Source: Candidatus Bathyarchaeia archaeon
GTDB taxonomy: Archaea > Thermoproteota > Bathyarchaeia > Bathyarchaeales > Bathycorpusculaceae
NCBI GenBank assembly: GCA_050015395.1
Contig: JBEKBM010000005.1
Coordinates: 32,001-96,000 of the forward strand
Direction of reading: 5' to 3'
Length of the DNA stretch: 64,000 nt
Shown here: positions 29,010 to 38,785 of the stretch, one piece after another
How positions within the stretch are numbered: the first letter of the stretch is position 1
Layout: every line of letters begins with the position of its first letter
Notes under the pieces: generated by a model
Seen by the model: the letters and a program-made list of their open reading frames with translations, nothing else
Told to the model about the DNA's origin: nothing
Database searches by the model: none
Made by a program: the position numbers and the translations under genes

Positions 29010-31085
29010 TTGGGAAAATACAAGTTAATCGTTACTGAAAAACCTGATGCCGCAAACAGAATAGCTATGGCTTTGGACACCGATGGGAAAGCCAAAAAAA
29101 TAGTTGATAGCGGCGTTCCATATTATCAAGCATACAGAAACGGCGATTTAGTTGTCGTTCCAGCCATCGGGCACCTATACACTGTTGCAAGCAAGGAAAA
29201 AGCTAAACGGGATTATCCAGTTTTCGATTATCACTGGGTTCCAAGATACCTAGCTGAACGGGGCGCATCAAAGATCCGTGTTTGGCTAAATGTAATTGCT
29301 AAACTAGCAGAAAACGCTGAAGAGTTCGTAGATGCTTGCGACTTTGACATTGAAGGCAGCATCATAGGCTACTGCATACTCAAGTACGCTTGCGGTAGCA
29401 AGGAAAAAACTGCCAAACGCATGAAATACTCCACACTCACAACAGAGGAACTGCAAGAATCTTACGCTCACTTATTGCCGCATTTGGATTTTGCTCTTGT
29501 TGAGGCTGGATTGACAAGGCATGAAATAGATTGGCTCTACGGCATAAACCTGTCTAGAGCCTTAACAATGGCTGTGAAAAGCAGTAGTGGACAATATGCT
29601 ACACTCAGCACTGGTAGAGTGCAAGGGCCAACCCTCAAATTTCTTGAAGATCGAGAAAAAACCATAAAGTGCTTCGTGCCCGTTCCCTACTGGAGCATAA
29701 CCGCTAAAATAATCATAAACGACACAGCATACGAAGCTGAATACGAAAAAATCCTCGAAAGCAAGCAAGAAGCAACGGCAGTAATGGATGCCTGCAAAAC
29801 CAAAGAAGGCCAAATAGAAACAATAGCTCTAAAAGAGTTTGAGCAGAACCCACCAGTACCCTTTGACTTGGGCGCTTTGCAAAGTGAAGCTTACAGAAAT
29901 TTCCACTTTACGCCGATGCATGCTTCAAACATAGCTCAGCACCTGTACTTAGACGCATTAATCTCTTATCCCAGAACAAGTAGCCAAAAGCTTCCGCCAG
30001 CAATCGGCTACGAAGCCGTATTAAGAAAACTAGCTAAACTGCCTGCTTACGGGAAACAGGCAGCTGACCTGCTCTCTAAACCAGTTTTGAAGCCAAATGA
30101 AGGAGAAAAAGCCGACCCAGCGCATCCAGCCATTTACCCGACTGGGAACCTGCCCGAGAAACCCCTTGGCACAGCTGAAAGAAATATTTTCGATCTTATC
30201 ATACGCAGGTTCATGGCTGTTTTCGGTGAGCCTGCCATTCGTCAAAGCACGAAAGCAACAATTAGCATCAGCGGGAATCTTTTTCACTTGAACGGAATGC
30301 GAACGTTAAGTGAAGGGTGGCTTCGATTTTACAAACCCTATGTTCAACTGGAAGATGTGACCTTGCCTCCTTTAACCCAAGGACAAAAAATCACTGTTAA
30401 AAGAGTAGTTGTGAAAAATAATTTTACTAAACCACCCGCAAGGTATAACCCTCGCACTTTACTTTTGAAAATGGAAAAAGAGGATATAGGCACCAAAGCA
30501 ACGAGGGCAGCAACAATACAAACGTTATACGACCGCAAATACCTTCGCGGGACGGATAGTCTTGCCGTTTCTGACCTTGGCTTTGAAGTCATCGAAATCC
30601 TCGCAAAGTATTGTCCAGCCGTTGTCTCACCTGAACTAACTAGAAAGCTTGAGGAGAAGATGAATGAAATCCAGCAAGGAAAAGAAACAAAAGAAGCTGT
30701 ATTGCAAAACGCCGTTGAAATCTTAAAGCCAGTCCTATTAGAGCTTAAGGAGAAAGAATCAGTTATAGGCGAACAATTAAGTCAAGCGTTGAAAAAAGCT
30801 CGGCTTGAAGAAAGAATAGTTGGTGCATGCCCAAAATGTGCTGATGGAAAACTAGTTATTTTGCGCTCGAAAAAAACTGGTAAACGTTTTGTTGGCTGTA
30901 CAAACTATTTCGAAGGTAAATGCAACGTAACTTTTCCGCTACCTCAAAGTGGTACAGTAAAACCGTTAAATAACACTTGCAAAAGCTGTGGGTGCCCCAT
31001 ATTGCATGTGTGGATGAAAGGGAAGAGATCTTGGAAATTATGCCTAAATCCTAATTGTCCCTCAAAAGGAGCGAGCAACCAGTGA
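29010..31085 (+). CDS. topA: Type IA DNA topoisomerase
   Basis: TEKP, DACDFDIEG, STGRVQGP, catalytic ISYPRT, GTKATR, C-terminal Zn ribbons. Confidence 0.97.
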   Translation: MGKYKLIVTEKPDAANRIAMALDTDGKAKKIVDSGVPYYQAYRNGDLVVVPAIGHLYTVASKEKAKRDYPVFDYHWVPRYLAERGASKIRVWLNVIAKLAENAEEFVDACDFDIEGSIIGYCILKYACGSKEKTAKRMKYSTLTTEELQESYAHLLPHLDFALVEAGLTRHEIDWLYGINLSRALTMAVKSSSGQYATLSTGRVQGPTLKFLEDREKTIKCFVPVPYWSITAKIIINDTAYEAEYEKILESKQEATAVMDACKTKEGQIETIALKEFEQNPPVPFDLGALQSEAYRNFHFTPMHASNIAQHLYLDALISYPRTSSQKLPPAIGYEAVLRKLAKLPAYGKQAADLLSKPVLKPNEGEKADPAHPAIYPTGNLPEKPLGTAERNIFDLIIRRFMAVFGEPAIRQSTKATISISGNLFHLNGMRTLSEGWLRFYKPYVQLEDVTLPPLTQGQKITVKRVVVKNNFTKPPARYNPRTLLLKMEKEDIGTKATRAATIQTLYDRKYLRGTDSLAVSDLGFEVIEILAKYCPAVVSPELTRKLEEKMNEIQQGKETKEAVLQNAVEILKPVLLELKEKESVIGEQLSQALKKARLEERIVGACPKCADGKLVILRSKKTGKRFVGCTNYFEGKCNVTFPLPQSGTVKPLNNTCKSCGCPILHVWMKGKRSWKLCLNPNCPSKGASNQ

Positions 31086-31306
31086 AATGCAAAATTTGCA
31101 GTAGCGAAGAACAAGAAAACGGTTTCTGCATATTGCATTTAAAGGCTTACCAAAATGTCATCGAAAAATTTAATGTCTGGAGGGAAGCATCGGGTATACT
31201 TTGGATTGATTATTTAGTTGAGATTCAGAAAAATTCATTAACTGGAGAATGGGCTAAAGAAGTAGTAAAACACCTAATCAAGGAAGAGAATAGAAATGTC
31301 AAGTAA
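31082..31306 (+). CDS. Small Cys/His metal-binding hypothetical protein
   Basis: MKCKIC...FCILH...TGEWAKEV; GTG overlaps topA stop. Confidence 0.7.
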   Translation: MKCKICSSEEQENGFCILHLKAYQNVIEKFNVWREASGILWIDYLVEIQKNSLTGEWAKEVVKHLIKEENRNVK

Positions 31307-31718
31307 AATAAAGAAGCGCTCTTCATCTGTATCCTTTTCGCTGAGTCGATGGTTCCGCAGAATTTCAACAACTACTCCTTCATCACTCATAATTACTGTT
31401 GTTGGAATTTTATACGCCATCTTTATTTTTGGTGGTGGCTTGTTTACTCTTATTGAGCGTCCTCGACCCTCAGCCTACGTTAATGGGGTTTTCTATTTCC
31501 TCTATCCAAGTATCAGTTCACAATTCATATCAGACACTGTAATTGCGGCAATATTGTATGGTTTTGGTTTCATCGGTCTGTTTGTTATTTATCAAAGTAC
31601 CAAGAGCGCTTACAACCCAAGGCAAGCTTACATGATGCTAGTCATAGGCGTAGCATTTTTGTTTCTTTCATACATATTCTTGGAAGGCGCGATTGCTTTC
31701 AAAACATCTGGCGGATAA
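31296..31718 (+). CDS. OSTC/DC2 (OST3/OST6 TM-domain)-like oligosaccharyltransferase accessory subunit
   Basis: 3 TMs; FGGG...P...FLYPSISSQFISD...LYGFGFIG...LVIGVAFLFLSY matches DC2 pattern TGG...P...NGQYIMEG...GGLG...FIG...LLSF (recalled). Confidence 0.6.
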   Translation: MSSKIKKRSSSVSFSLSRWFRRISTTTPSSLIITVVGILYAIFIFGGGLFTLIERPRPSAYVNGVFYFLYPSISSQFISDTVIAAILYGFGFIGLFVIYQSTKSAYNPRQAYMMLVIGVAFLFLSYIFLEGAIAFKTSGG

Positions 31719-31747
31719 CTCTGCCTTTTTTCCATAGGTTTTTCTTT

Positions 31748-32254
31748 TTACCAAGGGTTTCTTTTTAGTTTCATTTTGTATGCTAAGAAATTTGTTAATA
31801 AATGAATAGGCGGAGTAATCAGCAAAACTGTAACTGCCAATTCCCAATTTACAATGGCTAAAGGAACCGAAAACACGATTGCACCAATGGCAAAGTCAAC
31901 TTGGTCAACTATAGGAAGTGAACCTCCAGGAGCAATCCCTAATCTTCTCTTTAAAAAAGCGCCTGCCAAATCGCCTAAAAGCGCCCCTAAAGGAATCAGC
32001 ACGCTAAATAGGATTGGAAAACCAAAAAGTACGCACTCAATTGATCCAACTAATATGCCGATTGCTAAGCCGAAAAAGAAGCCCCTGAAAGTTTTGTTGT
32101 TTCCAAAGATTCGTTTTCCATAGAAGTTCTTTCCGAAATCCATCAGTGTTCCTCCGCCGGCAAGCACTGGCGTGGCGTTTGCGCAGTAGGCTGGGAAAAT
32201 AAATTTTAGTGCTTCAACGATTAGTTGGGTTATTTCCATGTGGTCAACCATCAT
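31748..32254 (-). CDS. carS: CDP-archaeol synthase
   Basis: PAYCANATP, DFGK, NKTFRG, GDLAGAFLKRRLG, DQVDF, KRNPW. Confidence 0.95.
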   Translation of the reverse strand: MMVDHMEITQLIVEALKFIFPAYCANATPVLAGGGTLMDFGKNFYGKRIFGNNKTFRGFFFGLAIGILVGSIECVLFGFPILFSVLIPLGALLGDLAGAFLKRRLGIAPGGSLPIVDQVDFAIGAIVFSVPLAIVNWELAVTVLLITPPIHLLTNFLAYKMKLKRNPW

Positions 32255-32949
32255 TCGCGGAATTCAGTATCTTTTATTCCGGTTTCGCCTATTTGTACAT
32301 AACAAGTAACTTCTTGCTTGTTTTCCCGTGTTTCAAGAACAACTTTGATTGTTTGAGGATAGTTGGTAGGTTTCATAGCGATTATTGTGTCAGCCCAGAA
32401 TTTTAAAACTCTGTTTGCAACGGGCGCGACACCGACGTTTGGGTAGTCATCAAAAACGCATCTTACTTGGCTTACTATAATAACTGGGATTTTTCGGATT
32501 TTTGCTGTTTGCGCTAAAATTGCTAATTGCCTGTTCAATTCACGGTTTACGCTGAAGGCTTTGCCAGAGGACTCAGCAACTTTTGCTCCATACAAAGATG
32601 TGAAGGTGTCAATTACTATTAACCCAAAATTTTTTGCTGTATAATCTTGAATACGATCTATAACTGCCGTTTGCTCATGGAAATCCTTAGGTTTAATTAA
32701 AATGACTTGCTCAGCAACCTGCTCGAATTTATCCGCTGAAAGTTGGGAAAGCCTTTTGGTTGAGAAAGTGTTATCGCAGTCAACAAAGAGTGTCTTGTAG
32801 TTTTGTAATGCACAACTAACGGTGCATTGTATGGCAAACGTTGTTTTTCCAGTTTCGGGTTCACCATAAATTAAAGTAACGCTTTCGGGTGAAATGCCCC
32901 CGCCAATGTTTCTATCAATGCATCTGCAGCCAGTGTGAATTGTGACCAT
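32251..32949 (-). CDS. radB: RadB-like RecA-family ATPase
   Basis: Walker A GEPETGKT, Walker B IVIDT, no N-terminal HhH domain. Confidence 0.75.
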   Translation of the reverse strand: MVTIHTGCRCIDRNIGGGISPESVTLIYGEPETGKTTFAIQCTVSCALQNYKTLFVDCDNTFSTKRLSQLSADKFEQVAEQVILIKPKDFHEQTAVIDRIQDYTAKNFGLIVIDTFTSLYGAKVAESSGKAFSVNRELNRQLAILAQTAKIRKIPVIIVSQVRCVFDDYPNVGVAPVANRVLKFWADTIIAMKPTNYPQTIKVVLETRENKQEVTCYVQIGETGIKDTEFRE

Positions 32950-32981
32950 TTTTTACCCTTTTTCGCGTCAAGATTATAAAC

Positions 32982-33683
32982 TTGAAACTAGTAATGTGTT
33001 TTGCACTTAAACGTATACTATTTAAGGTTGATTTATTGAAAGAAAAAGTTGCTATAGCAACAGTAGAGGGAAAAGCCTACTTTCTAATCGTAAACGAGTT
33101 AAGAGAACAAAATATCCCCTTCATAAGTCTGGTTCCAGGCGAGTCAGTGCCTGCCGAAGTGAAAGTGATAATAACAACCGAGAAGGAAAAACACTTAGTA
33201 AAAAACGAAAAGATACTAATCTTAGCAAGCGAAGATGAACTGGACAATTTGGTTAACGAGGTAAAGCGAATACTTCAAGGAAAAGAAGCCTACGAAAAAA
33301 TCTTAATCGGCATTGACCCAGGTAACGCAATTGGGCTGGCAGTAATTGCCGATGGAAAAGTTATTGAGGAAGGCAACTGCTTTAGCACGCAAGAGGTAAT
33401 TAACAGCATAATTAAGACAATAAGAAACGTTAATTCCACAGTGACAGGCGTTTCCGTTAAAATTGGGAATGGTGTTCCTGTTTACAAGGAATTAGTCGAA
33501 GCCTTAGATGATGCTTTACCGCCTGCAGTTGTGCTGGAAGTGGTGAGTGAGGCAGGAACCAACCGACCCCTAAAAAAGAACAAGCGCAGCCGAAGAATCA
33601 GGCATATTTCTTCAGCCATACGGATTGCTGGAAGAACAGGCTATATTATTCCAAGGAGGAAGATGATTGCAACAAATAGTTGA
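32982..33683 (+). CDS. Hypothetical protein with RNase H-like (YqgF/RuvC-type) domain
   Basis: LIGIDPG..IGLAV, VKIGNG, VSEAGT, HISSAIRIA. Confidence 0.65.
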   Translation: MKLVMCFALKRILFKVDLLKEKVAIATVEGKAYFLIVNELREQNIPFISLVPGESVPAEVKVIITTEKEKHLVKNEKILILASEDELDNLVNEVKRILQGKEAYEKILIGIDPGNAIGLAVIADGKVIEEGNCFSTQEVINSIIKTIRNVNSTVTGVSVKIGNGVPVYKELVEALDDALPPAVVLEVVSEAGTNRPLKKNKRSRRIRHISSAIRIAGRTGYIIPRRKMIATNS

Positions 33684-34755
33684 ATCCAATAGGACACTGC
33701 TGGTGGATGGTCCAGCATCTGTGTGTGTTGTTTCTGGCAAGGCTGAAATGTTCGGTTATCAATTAAAACAAGCAGTAAAAATTGTGGTTCGTGAAGGAAA
33801 GCGCCTGCCATTTTTTGCCCTTGAAAAAGCAGTTTTTGACGTTTCGTTAGGACCAAACGCAAGCATTGAAGAAGTTGACGGCAGCACAATTCCAGAGTCG
33901 TGGAATAAACCTCTTGAAGCAATTTTGAGCGTGCAAAAGAAGCCAGTTGTTGTTCTGCTTTTGGGAAAAATTGATTCTGGAAAAAGCAGTTATTGCACTT
34001 ATTTAGTAAACAAGTTGGTTAACGGAAAATGCAGGATTGCTGTTTTAGACGGCGATTTAGGTCAATCAGACATCGGTCCCTCAGGAACCGTGGGTTATGC
34101 GATAATTTCCAAGCTATTGACAGAATTGGACAATTTGAAGTTGCAGAACGCTTTTTTTGTGGGTGATACCTCGCCGATAACGGCAATAGCTAAAACAATT
34201 GAAGGCTTAGCCGCTATGAAGGCTGAGATTTTACAGAGACCCGTTGATTTTGTGGTAGTTAATACTGATGGTTGGGTTACAGGCGATATTGCTGTAAGCT
34301 ACAAAACGCAATTAGTCAAAGAGCTAAAGCCAGACGTCATAGTTGGCATACAAGTTGAAGATGAACTTACGTCTCTTATTGCTAACTTGGAAAACACTTC
34401 AGTGATTACGGTCGAGCCCTCTTCTTCTCTTAATCAGCGGAGCGCAGAAAAACGCAAAAGCCTGCGCGAAATGACTTATGCAAAGTACATGAAAGACGCA
34501 AAGCTTCAGTGCTATCCATTAAGCCAAGTGACAATTGAACCAAAAGAGGCTCTTCCAAAGAATCAAGAGCCAGAAAAGGGACTACTTGTCGGGCTATACG
34601 GTTCTGAAAGCAAATTCTTAGGGATCGGTGTCTTGCGTGAAATTAACCAGATGCGGAAAGCGTTAAAAGTTCAAACTGCAGTTTCAGCTAAGCCGCAGAG
34701 GCTTGTTTTTGGAAAAGTTGTCTTAAACGAGAAGTTACAGGAAATTCAAGACTGA
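33667..34755 (+). CDS. Clp1/Nol9-family polynucleotide 5'-hydroxyl kinase
   Basis: GKIDSGKSS, DGDLGQSDIGP, VVNTDGWV, lid R...RK..R. Confidence 0.9.
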   Translation: MQQIVESNRTLLVDGPASVCVVSGKAEMFGYQLKQAVKIVVREGKRLPFFALEKAVFDVSLGPNASIEEVDGSTIPESWNKPLEAILSVQKKPVVVLLLGKIDSGKSSYCTYLVNKLVNGKCRIAVLDGDLGQSDIGPSGTVGYAIISKLLTELDNLKLQNAFFVGDTSPITAIAKTIEGLAAMKAEILQRPVDFVVVNTDGWVTGDIAVSYKTQLVKELKPDVIVGIQVEDELTSLIANLENTSVITVEPSSSLNQRSAEKRKSLREMTYAKYMKDAKLQCYPLSQVTIEPKEALPKNQEPEKGLLVGLYGSESKFLGIGVLREINQMRKALKVQTAVSAKPQRLVFGKVVLNEKLQEIQD

Positions 34756-36680
34756 ATTTTAAAGAAATTGCTGATTTCCCTTGCCAGAGCACCTTTTTCG
34801 TTAGGTAACGTTTTCATTCCATTGCTTATCCATGACGGGAGGAAGCCACGGCAATAATTTGTTGCAAAGCGATAGTCTAAAAAGACTATGGCTCCTCGGT
34901 CGTCCAATGTCCTGATTGGTCTTCCTGCGGCTTGAGAAGCCTTTTTCATAGCGGGCAAAACATAACCATATTCACGCCCAAGCCCCGGAAAACATTTCTC
35001 GTAATAATCAATCTGTGCTTTCACCCTCGGCGTCGGCGTAGCATACGGAACTCCCACGACTATTACGGAGTTCATTTGGTTGCCTGGAAAATCTACGCCT
35101 TCCGAGGTTCTTCCGCCTTGAACGCCAAGGAACACGGCGCCGTTTCGGTCGCCGCATGCTTTGAAGTCTGAGACCATTTTCTCGTTTGCTTTAGAAGTCA
35201 TGCCTTTTCGCTCGTGGAACAGCGGTTTTTCTATTACGTTTTCTAAGCCTTCGGCAAGTAGCGCTTTTAGTACTCCGAATGAAGCAGCGAAAACTCCAGT
35301 GTTCGCCGGAGTATTCTGTGCAACCTCGTTTATCCGTTGTATGATTGTCTGGTACATGACGGGTGTTCTTTTTTCCATGGCTGTTGTGACGCCGAGGCAA
35401 ACGGCTGAGAACACGTGTTCTTTCGGAAACGGCGATGGCACAATGCATTTCACGGTGCTTTCTGGGAGTCTTGTGATGCGTGAGTAGGCTTCCAGCGGCT
35501 GAAGTGTACCCGACATTATCACGTTGGCGTAAGTGGATGAGAAAACTGGTTCAGTGATTTTCGAGGGGTCCAGCGAAACTATTTCGAGCTTTGCTGTTTT
35601 GTTGTTTTCTTTGTTGAAGTATCTGCTTGCGACATTGATGAATGAAGTGTCGCCTAGGTTTTCCAGCCACTTGAGCATGAACTCGCCCATTGCATGAATG
35701 TAGGAACGTGGGTTTTTTCCCTCAGCCAACAAACTTTTTCTTACTGAGTTGCCGACTTCGTGGAATTGCTCAAAGAATTCTCTGGGATTGGTTATGCTTC
35801 CTTGTTTTTGAATAATTTCAATAATACGGTTTGGAGAAATTATTTCCTCTCGATTAATCTTGTCGGTTAATTTTTCCACTTCAATCCTGAAAAAATGTGC
35901 GAAATCTTCAATGTCCCTGTTATTGAACCTGTTAGCTTCCAGCTCTGCCTGTTTCATTACGAAGAGGGATAGGGTGCTGCTTGAGATGTCAATAGCTGTC
36001 TCAGGCAAGTTATGGGCTTCGTCAACGATTAGAATGATTTTTTGTAGCTCTGTTTCAAGATTTTTCAAAAAAGCTTTGCGTATGTCGGGGTCGAAAACGT
36101 ACAGGTAGCTTAATGCAACGACTTTAGCGTCAGATAAGGCAGATTTGACAAGTTCGTATGGGCAAACTTCTCTTTTCATGCAGATGCTTTGGATTTCAGA
36201 TGCCATGTAAGGTCGAGTAGCTATTTGCTGTTGAAGCAGGAGGTAATCATATGTTCGCTCATCCACGTTAATGTAGTATGGGCATCTGTTTTTTGCCTTC
36301 AATAACTCACAGACTTCCATAAGAGACTTTGAATCAAAAGCGCCTCTAGTAGCGAAAACGTTAAGGCACATTTCATTGCGTCCACGAATGGAAACGCCTG
36401 TAACTTGATGCTTTCTAAAAACTGCCCTTAACTCTTCAATCACGCGGTCATGCTGGCGGTGAGTCCGCGCGACATATAATATTTTTAGGTTTTTCTCTAT
36501 TGCTACTGGTAAACAAGCGGAAAGGGCAGCAATTGTTTTTCCAAGACCGTTGCTGCCTTCAATTAGAACAGAACGTCTATCGTGTACGGCGTTGAAAACT
36601 GTGCTTATGAACTCGTCTTGGTGTGGCCGCACACTATTGTAGGGGAAATACTCTGTAACTTGGCTTGGCAGTTTAATCAT
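34746..36680 (-). CDS. xpd: XPD/Rad3 Fe-S DNA helicase
   Basis: GSNGLGKT, four Fe-S Cys, DEAHNL, MSGTL, SEGVDF, QAAGRPIR. Confidence 0.93.
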   Translation of the reverse strand: MIKLPSQVTEYFPYNSVRPHQDEFISTVFNAVHDRRSVLIEGSNGLGKTIAALSACLPVAIEKNLKILYVARTHRQHDRVIEELRAVFRKHQVTGVSIRGRNEMCLNVFATRGAFDSKSLMEVCELLKAKNRCPYYINVDERTYDYLLLQQQIATRPYMASEIQSICMKREVCPYELVKSALSDAKVVALSYLYVFDPDIRKAFLKNLETELQKIILIVDEAHNLPETAIDISSSTLSLFVMKQAELEANRFNNRDIEDFAHFFRIEVEKLTDKINREEIISPNRIIEIIQKQGSITNPREFFEQFHEVGNSVRKSLLAEGKNPRSYIHAMGEFMLKWLENLGDTSFINVASRYFNKENNKTAKLEIVSLDPSKITEPVFSSTYANVIMSGTLQPLEAYSRITRLPESTVKCIVPSPFPKEHVFSAVCLGVTTAMEKRTPVMYQTIIQRINEVAQNTPANTGVFAASFGVLKALLAEGLENVIEKPLFHERKGMTSKANEKMVSDFKACGDRNGAVFLGVQGGRTSEGVDFPGNQMNSVIVVGVPYATPTPRVKAQIDYYEKCFPGLGREYGYVLPAMKKASQAAGRPIRTLDDRGAIVFLDYRFATNYCRGFLPSWISNGMKTLPNEKGALAREISNFFKIQS

Positions 36681-37347
36681 GCTTATCCCCTAAACCATTC
36701 GATGGACAGTAAGTGTTCACCGGGCACTCTGGACAAAGCGGCTGCCTTGCCTTGCAGTATTTTCTGCCGTGCGCAATCAACAGCAAATGGACCGCCAAGT
36801 AATCTTTCGGGTCAAAAAGTGACTGGAGACTTAAGCGCACTTCCTCGTAACCGCCGTTTGCAGGCGCTAAACCAAGCCGTTTCGATACCCGATTCACATG
36901 CGTATCCACAGGAATGGTTGGTTGATTTGCTGAGAAGAGCAAGACAACATCCGCTGTTTTCGGTCCAATTCCAGGCAGTTCAATGAGGGTTTTTCTAGCT
37001 TCGTCTAAAGGCAACGATAAAACGGGTTTTAGTGAGCCGTGAAATTTTTCCAGAATTATTTTTGAAATTGTTTGTATTGTTTTGGCTTTGCTTTTGTAGA
37101 GACCGCCAACGTGAAGGCAAGCTTCAATCTTGCTTGTTTCGGCTTTTGATAGTGCTTGAGGCGTTATTTCGAACTGCTTCGAGAGGTTTTCGAAGGCTCT
37201 TTCAGTATTGCGGTCAGCAGTGTTCTGTGAAATAATCGTTATAACTAAGGTTTCGAACGGGTCGTTTTTTGGTTTAACCAATTTAGGCACGGCTACCGTG
37301 TCCTGTAATATATGCAAGATCGTTGCCGCACGAGTGTCCGCCATCAT
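36673..37347 (-). CDS. nth: Endonuclease III
   Basis: SQNT, HhH LPGIGPKTA, VDTHV, CxxxxPxCxxCxxxxxC. Confidence 0.95.
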   Translation of the reverse strand: MMADTRAATILHILQDTVAVPKLVKPKNDPFETLVITIISQNTADRNTERAFENLSKQFEITPQALSKAETSKIEACLHVGGLYKSKAKTIQTISKIILEKFHGSLKPVLSLPLDEARKTLIELPGIGPKTADVVLLFSANQPTIPVDTHVNRVSKRLGLAPANGGYEEVRLSLQSLFDPKDYLAVHLLLIAHGRKYCKARQPLCPECPVNTYCPSNGLGDKHD

Positions 37348-37498
37348 TGTGCCTTCAAAGGTCTTGAAAATATTGTCCCCAACTATTGATTTGCCAAGTT
37401 ATAAATATCATCTGCATAAAAAAAGCATGAATCTTTGAAACTATCCTTAAAGCTTAATGGTCTCTGTAATTTACCTGTTTCTTAATAGCCCTAATGTA

Positions 37499-38107
37499 CT
37501 ATAAGGTGACAAAATTACCCTTTATCTCTTTGCTGTAATCAATGGATATCAGTGTGAAACCGTTGTTGGTTTTGGTTGGTGGGGTATTTTTTGCATCATG
37601 AAAGAACAGTAAAACATTCTTGATATTATCAGGTGAGAAATTCGGGCAATGTTCTTGTAACTTGCTTAAAACAGATTCAAGGTTTCTTGCCAAAAGACTG
37701 TTTCTTGCTATGGTTTTTTTCTCGAACTTAAAGTCTTTTTGATGTTCGTCTATGAAGGTCTGCCAATTACCGTAATATTTTTTGTTCCAATGTGTTAGAT
37801 ACCATGAAAAAACTTCATGCCTTAGCGTTTGTTCGTCTCTTAGCATTAATTCATCCTTATTGAATTCTGTGAGATTATCCCATTTACTTTCTATCAAGTA
37901 TATGTTTTTCCTTGAGGCAAGTATAGCGTCAAATTCGCCAAATACTGAACTATTCGCTTTGCCGTGTCTTCCAAAACTTGGGCGATAGAAAATAAGGCAA
38001 TCTGAGAGTGTGGTTTTGTCCTGAAACTCTTCCAAGATTTTAGATACATGATGTTTCAATGCCCATAGTGTAAGGGCATCTTCACCATATCCCAGTATTT
38101 TACTCAT
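37499..38107 (-). CDS. PD-(D/E)xK nuclease-like hypothetical protein
   Basis: FGEFDAIL...LIESKW (D...ExK). Confidence 0.6.
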   Translation of the reverse strand: MSKILGYGEDALTLWALKHHVSKILEEFQDKTTLSDCLIFYRPSFGRHGKANSSVFGEFDAILASRKNIYLIESKWDNLTEFNKDELMLRDEQTLRHEVFSWYLTHWNKKYYGNWQTFIDEHQKDFKFEKKTIARNSLLARNLESVLSKLQEHCPNFSPDNIKNVLLFFHDAKNTPPTKTNNGFTLISIDYSKEIKGNFVTL

Positions 38108-38129
38108 TTTTTTACCTTAATGCTATTTT

Positions 38130-38152
38130 TACGCTATGCAGATTTAAGAGTT
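38130..38152 (+). repeat. 23-bp direct repeat, copy 1
   Basis: TACGCTATGCAGATTTAAGAGTT. Confidence 0.9.
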
Positions 38153-38237
38153 GTTGCCTTTCAATAGCACAACAGTCTAAAAGATTTAACCTGAAAAACT
38201 TTTAAGCAAAATGAGATTCAAGTAAATAGGGAAATAT

Positions 38238-38729
38238 TTGACAATATGTTATAAAGAAATATTAGACAAAAATACCGTACTTACTTTGAAAATTTCAGAG
38301 CTGTCAGGTCGTCATACTTTTTTCGACGTTAAAGCTTTTCTAACTGAAGGGGTAACTCTTAAAGATATTAAAGAAATTGGAAAAGCTTGTATCAGTGTAG
38401 ATGGAAAAAAATGTGCAAAATTACTTGATATTTATGTGAATAAATCTTATCGTCATAGAGGTATTGGAAGCAAGATGCTAAAATTAATGGTTGATTATAT
38501 AACTGATGGAACAGCAAAAGAAGTTCATGGCGACATAACAGCTTCAGAGGATTTGAGGAAGGCAATTGACTTCTATACGAAAAATGGTTTCATTATTGAT
38601 GAGTTTGTTTTATCTGAAGGCAAACATACTGTAGTCAACCTTGCCCTAAACAAACCCAAGTTTGGGGAGTTTTTCAATTTATATGAAGTTGAAAGAATAA
38701 CGAGAGGGTTATTCTATAAGCTATGTTAA
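38238..38729 (+). CDS. GNAT family N-acetyltransferase
   Basis: IYVNKSYRHRGIGSKML, AIDFYTKNGF. Confidence 0.85.
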   Translation: MTICYKEILDKNTVLTLKISELSGRHTFFDVKAFLTEGVTLKDIKEIGKACISVDGKKCAKLLDIYVNKSYRHRGIGSKMLKLMVDYITDGTAKEVHGDITASEDLRKAIDFYTKNGFIIDEFVLSEGKHTVVNLALNKPKFGEFFNLYEVERITRGLFYKLC

Positions 38730-38737
38730 CTCTTGTT

Positions 38738-38760
38738 TACACTATGCAGATTTAAGACTT
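38738..38760 (+). repeat. 23-bp direct repeat, copy 2
   Basis: TACACTATGCAGATTTAAGACTT. Confidence 0.9.
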
Positions 38761-38785
38761 ATCGTTTAGATTTTTTAAGATGTAT

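Noticed and set aside
37394-37418. Possible inverted fourth copy of the 23-bp repeat (AAGTTATAAATATCATCTGCATA)
   Set aside because: Only ATCTGCATA matches and an insertion is needed; overlaps the likely nth promoter.
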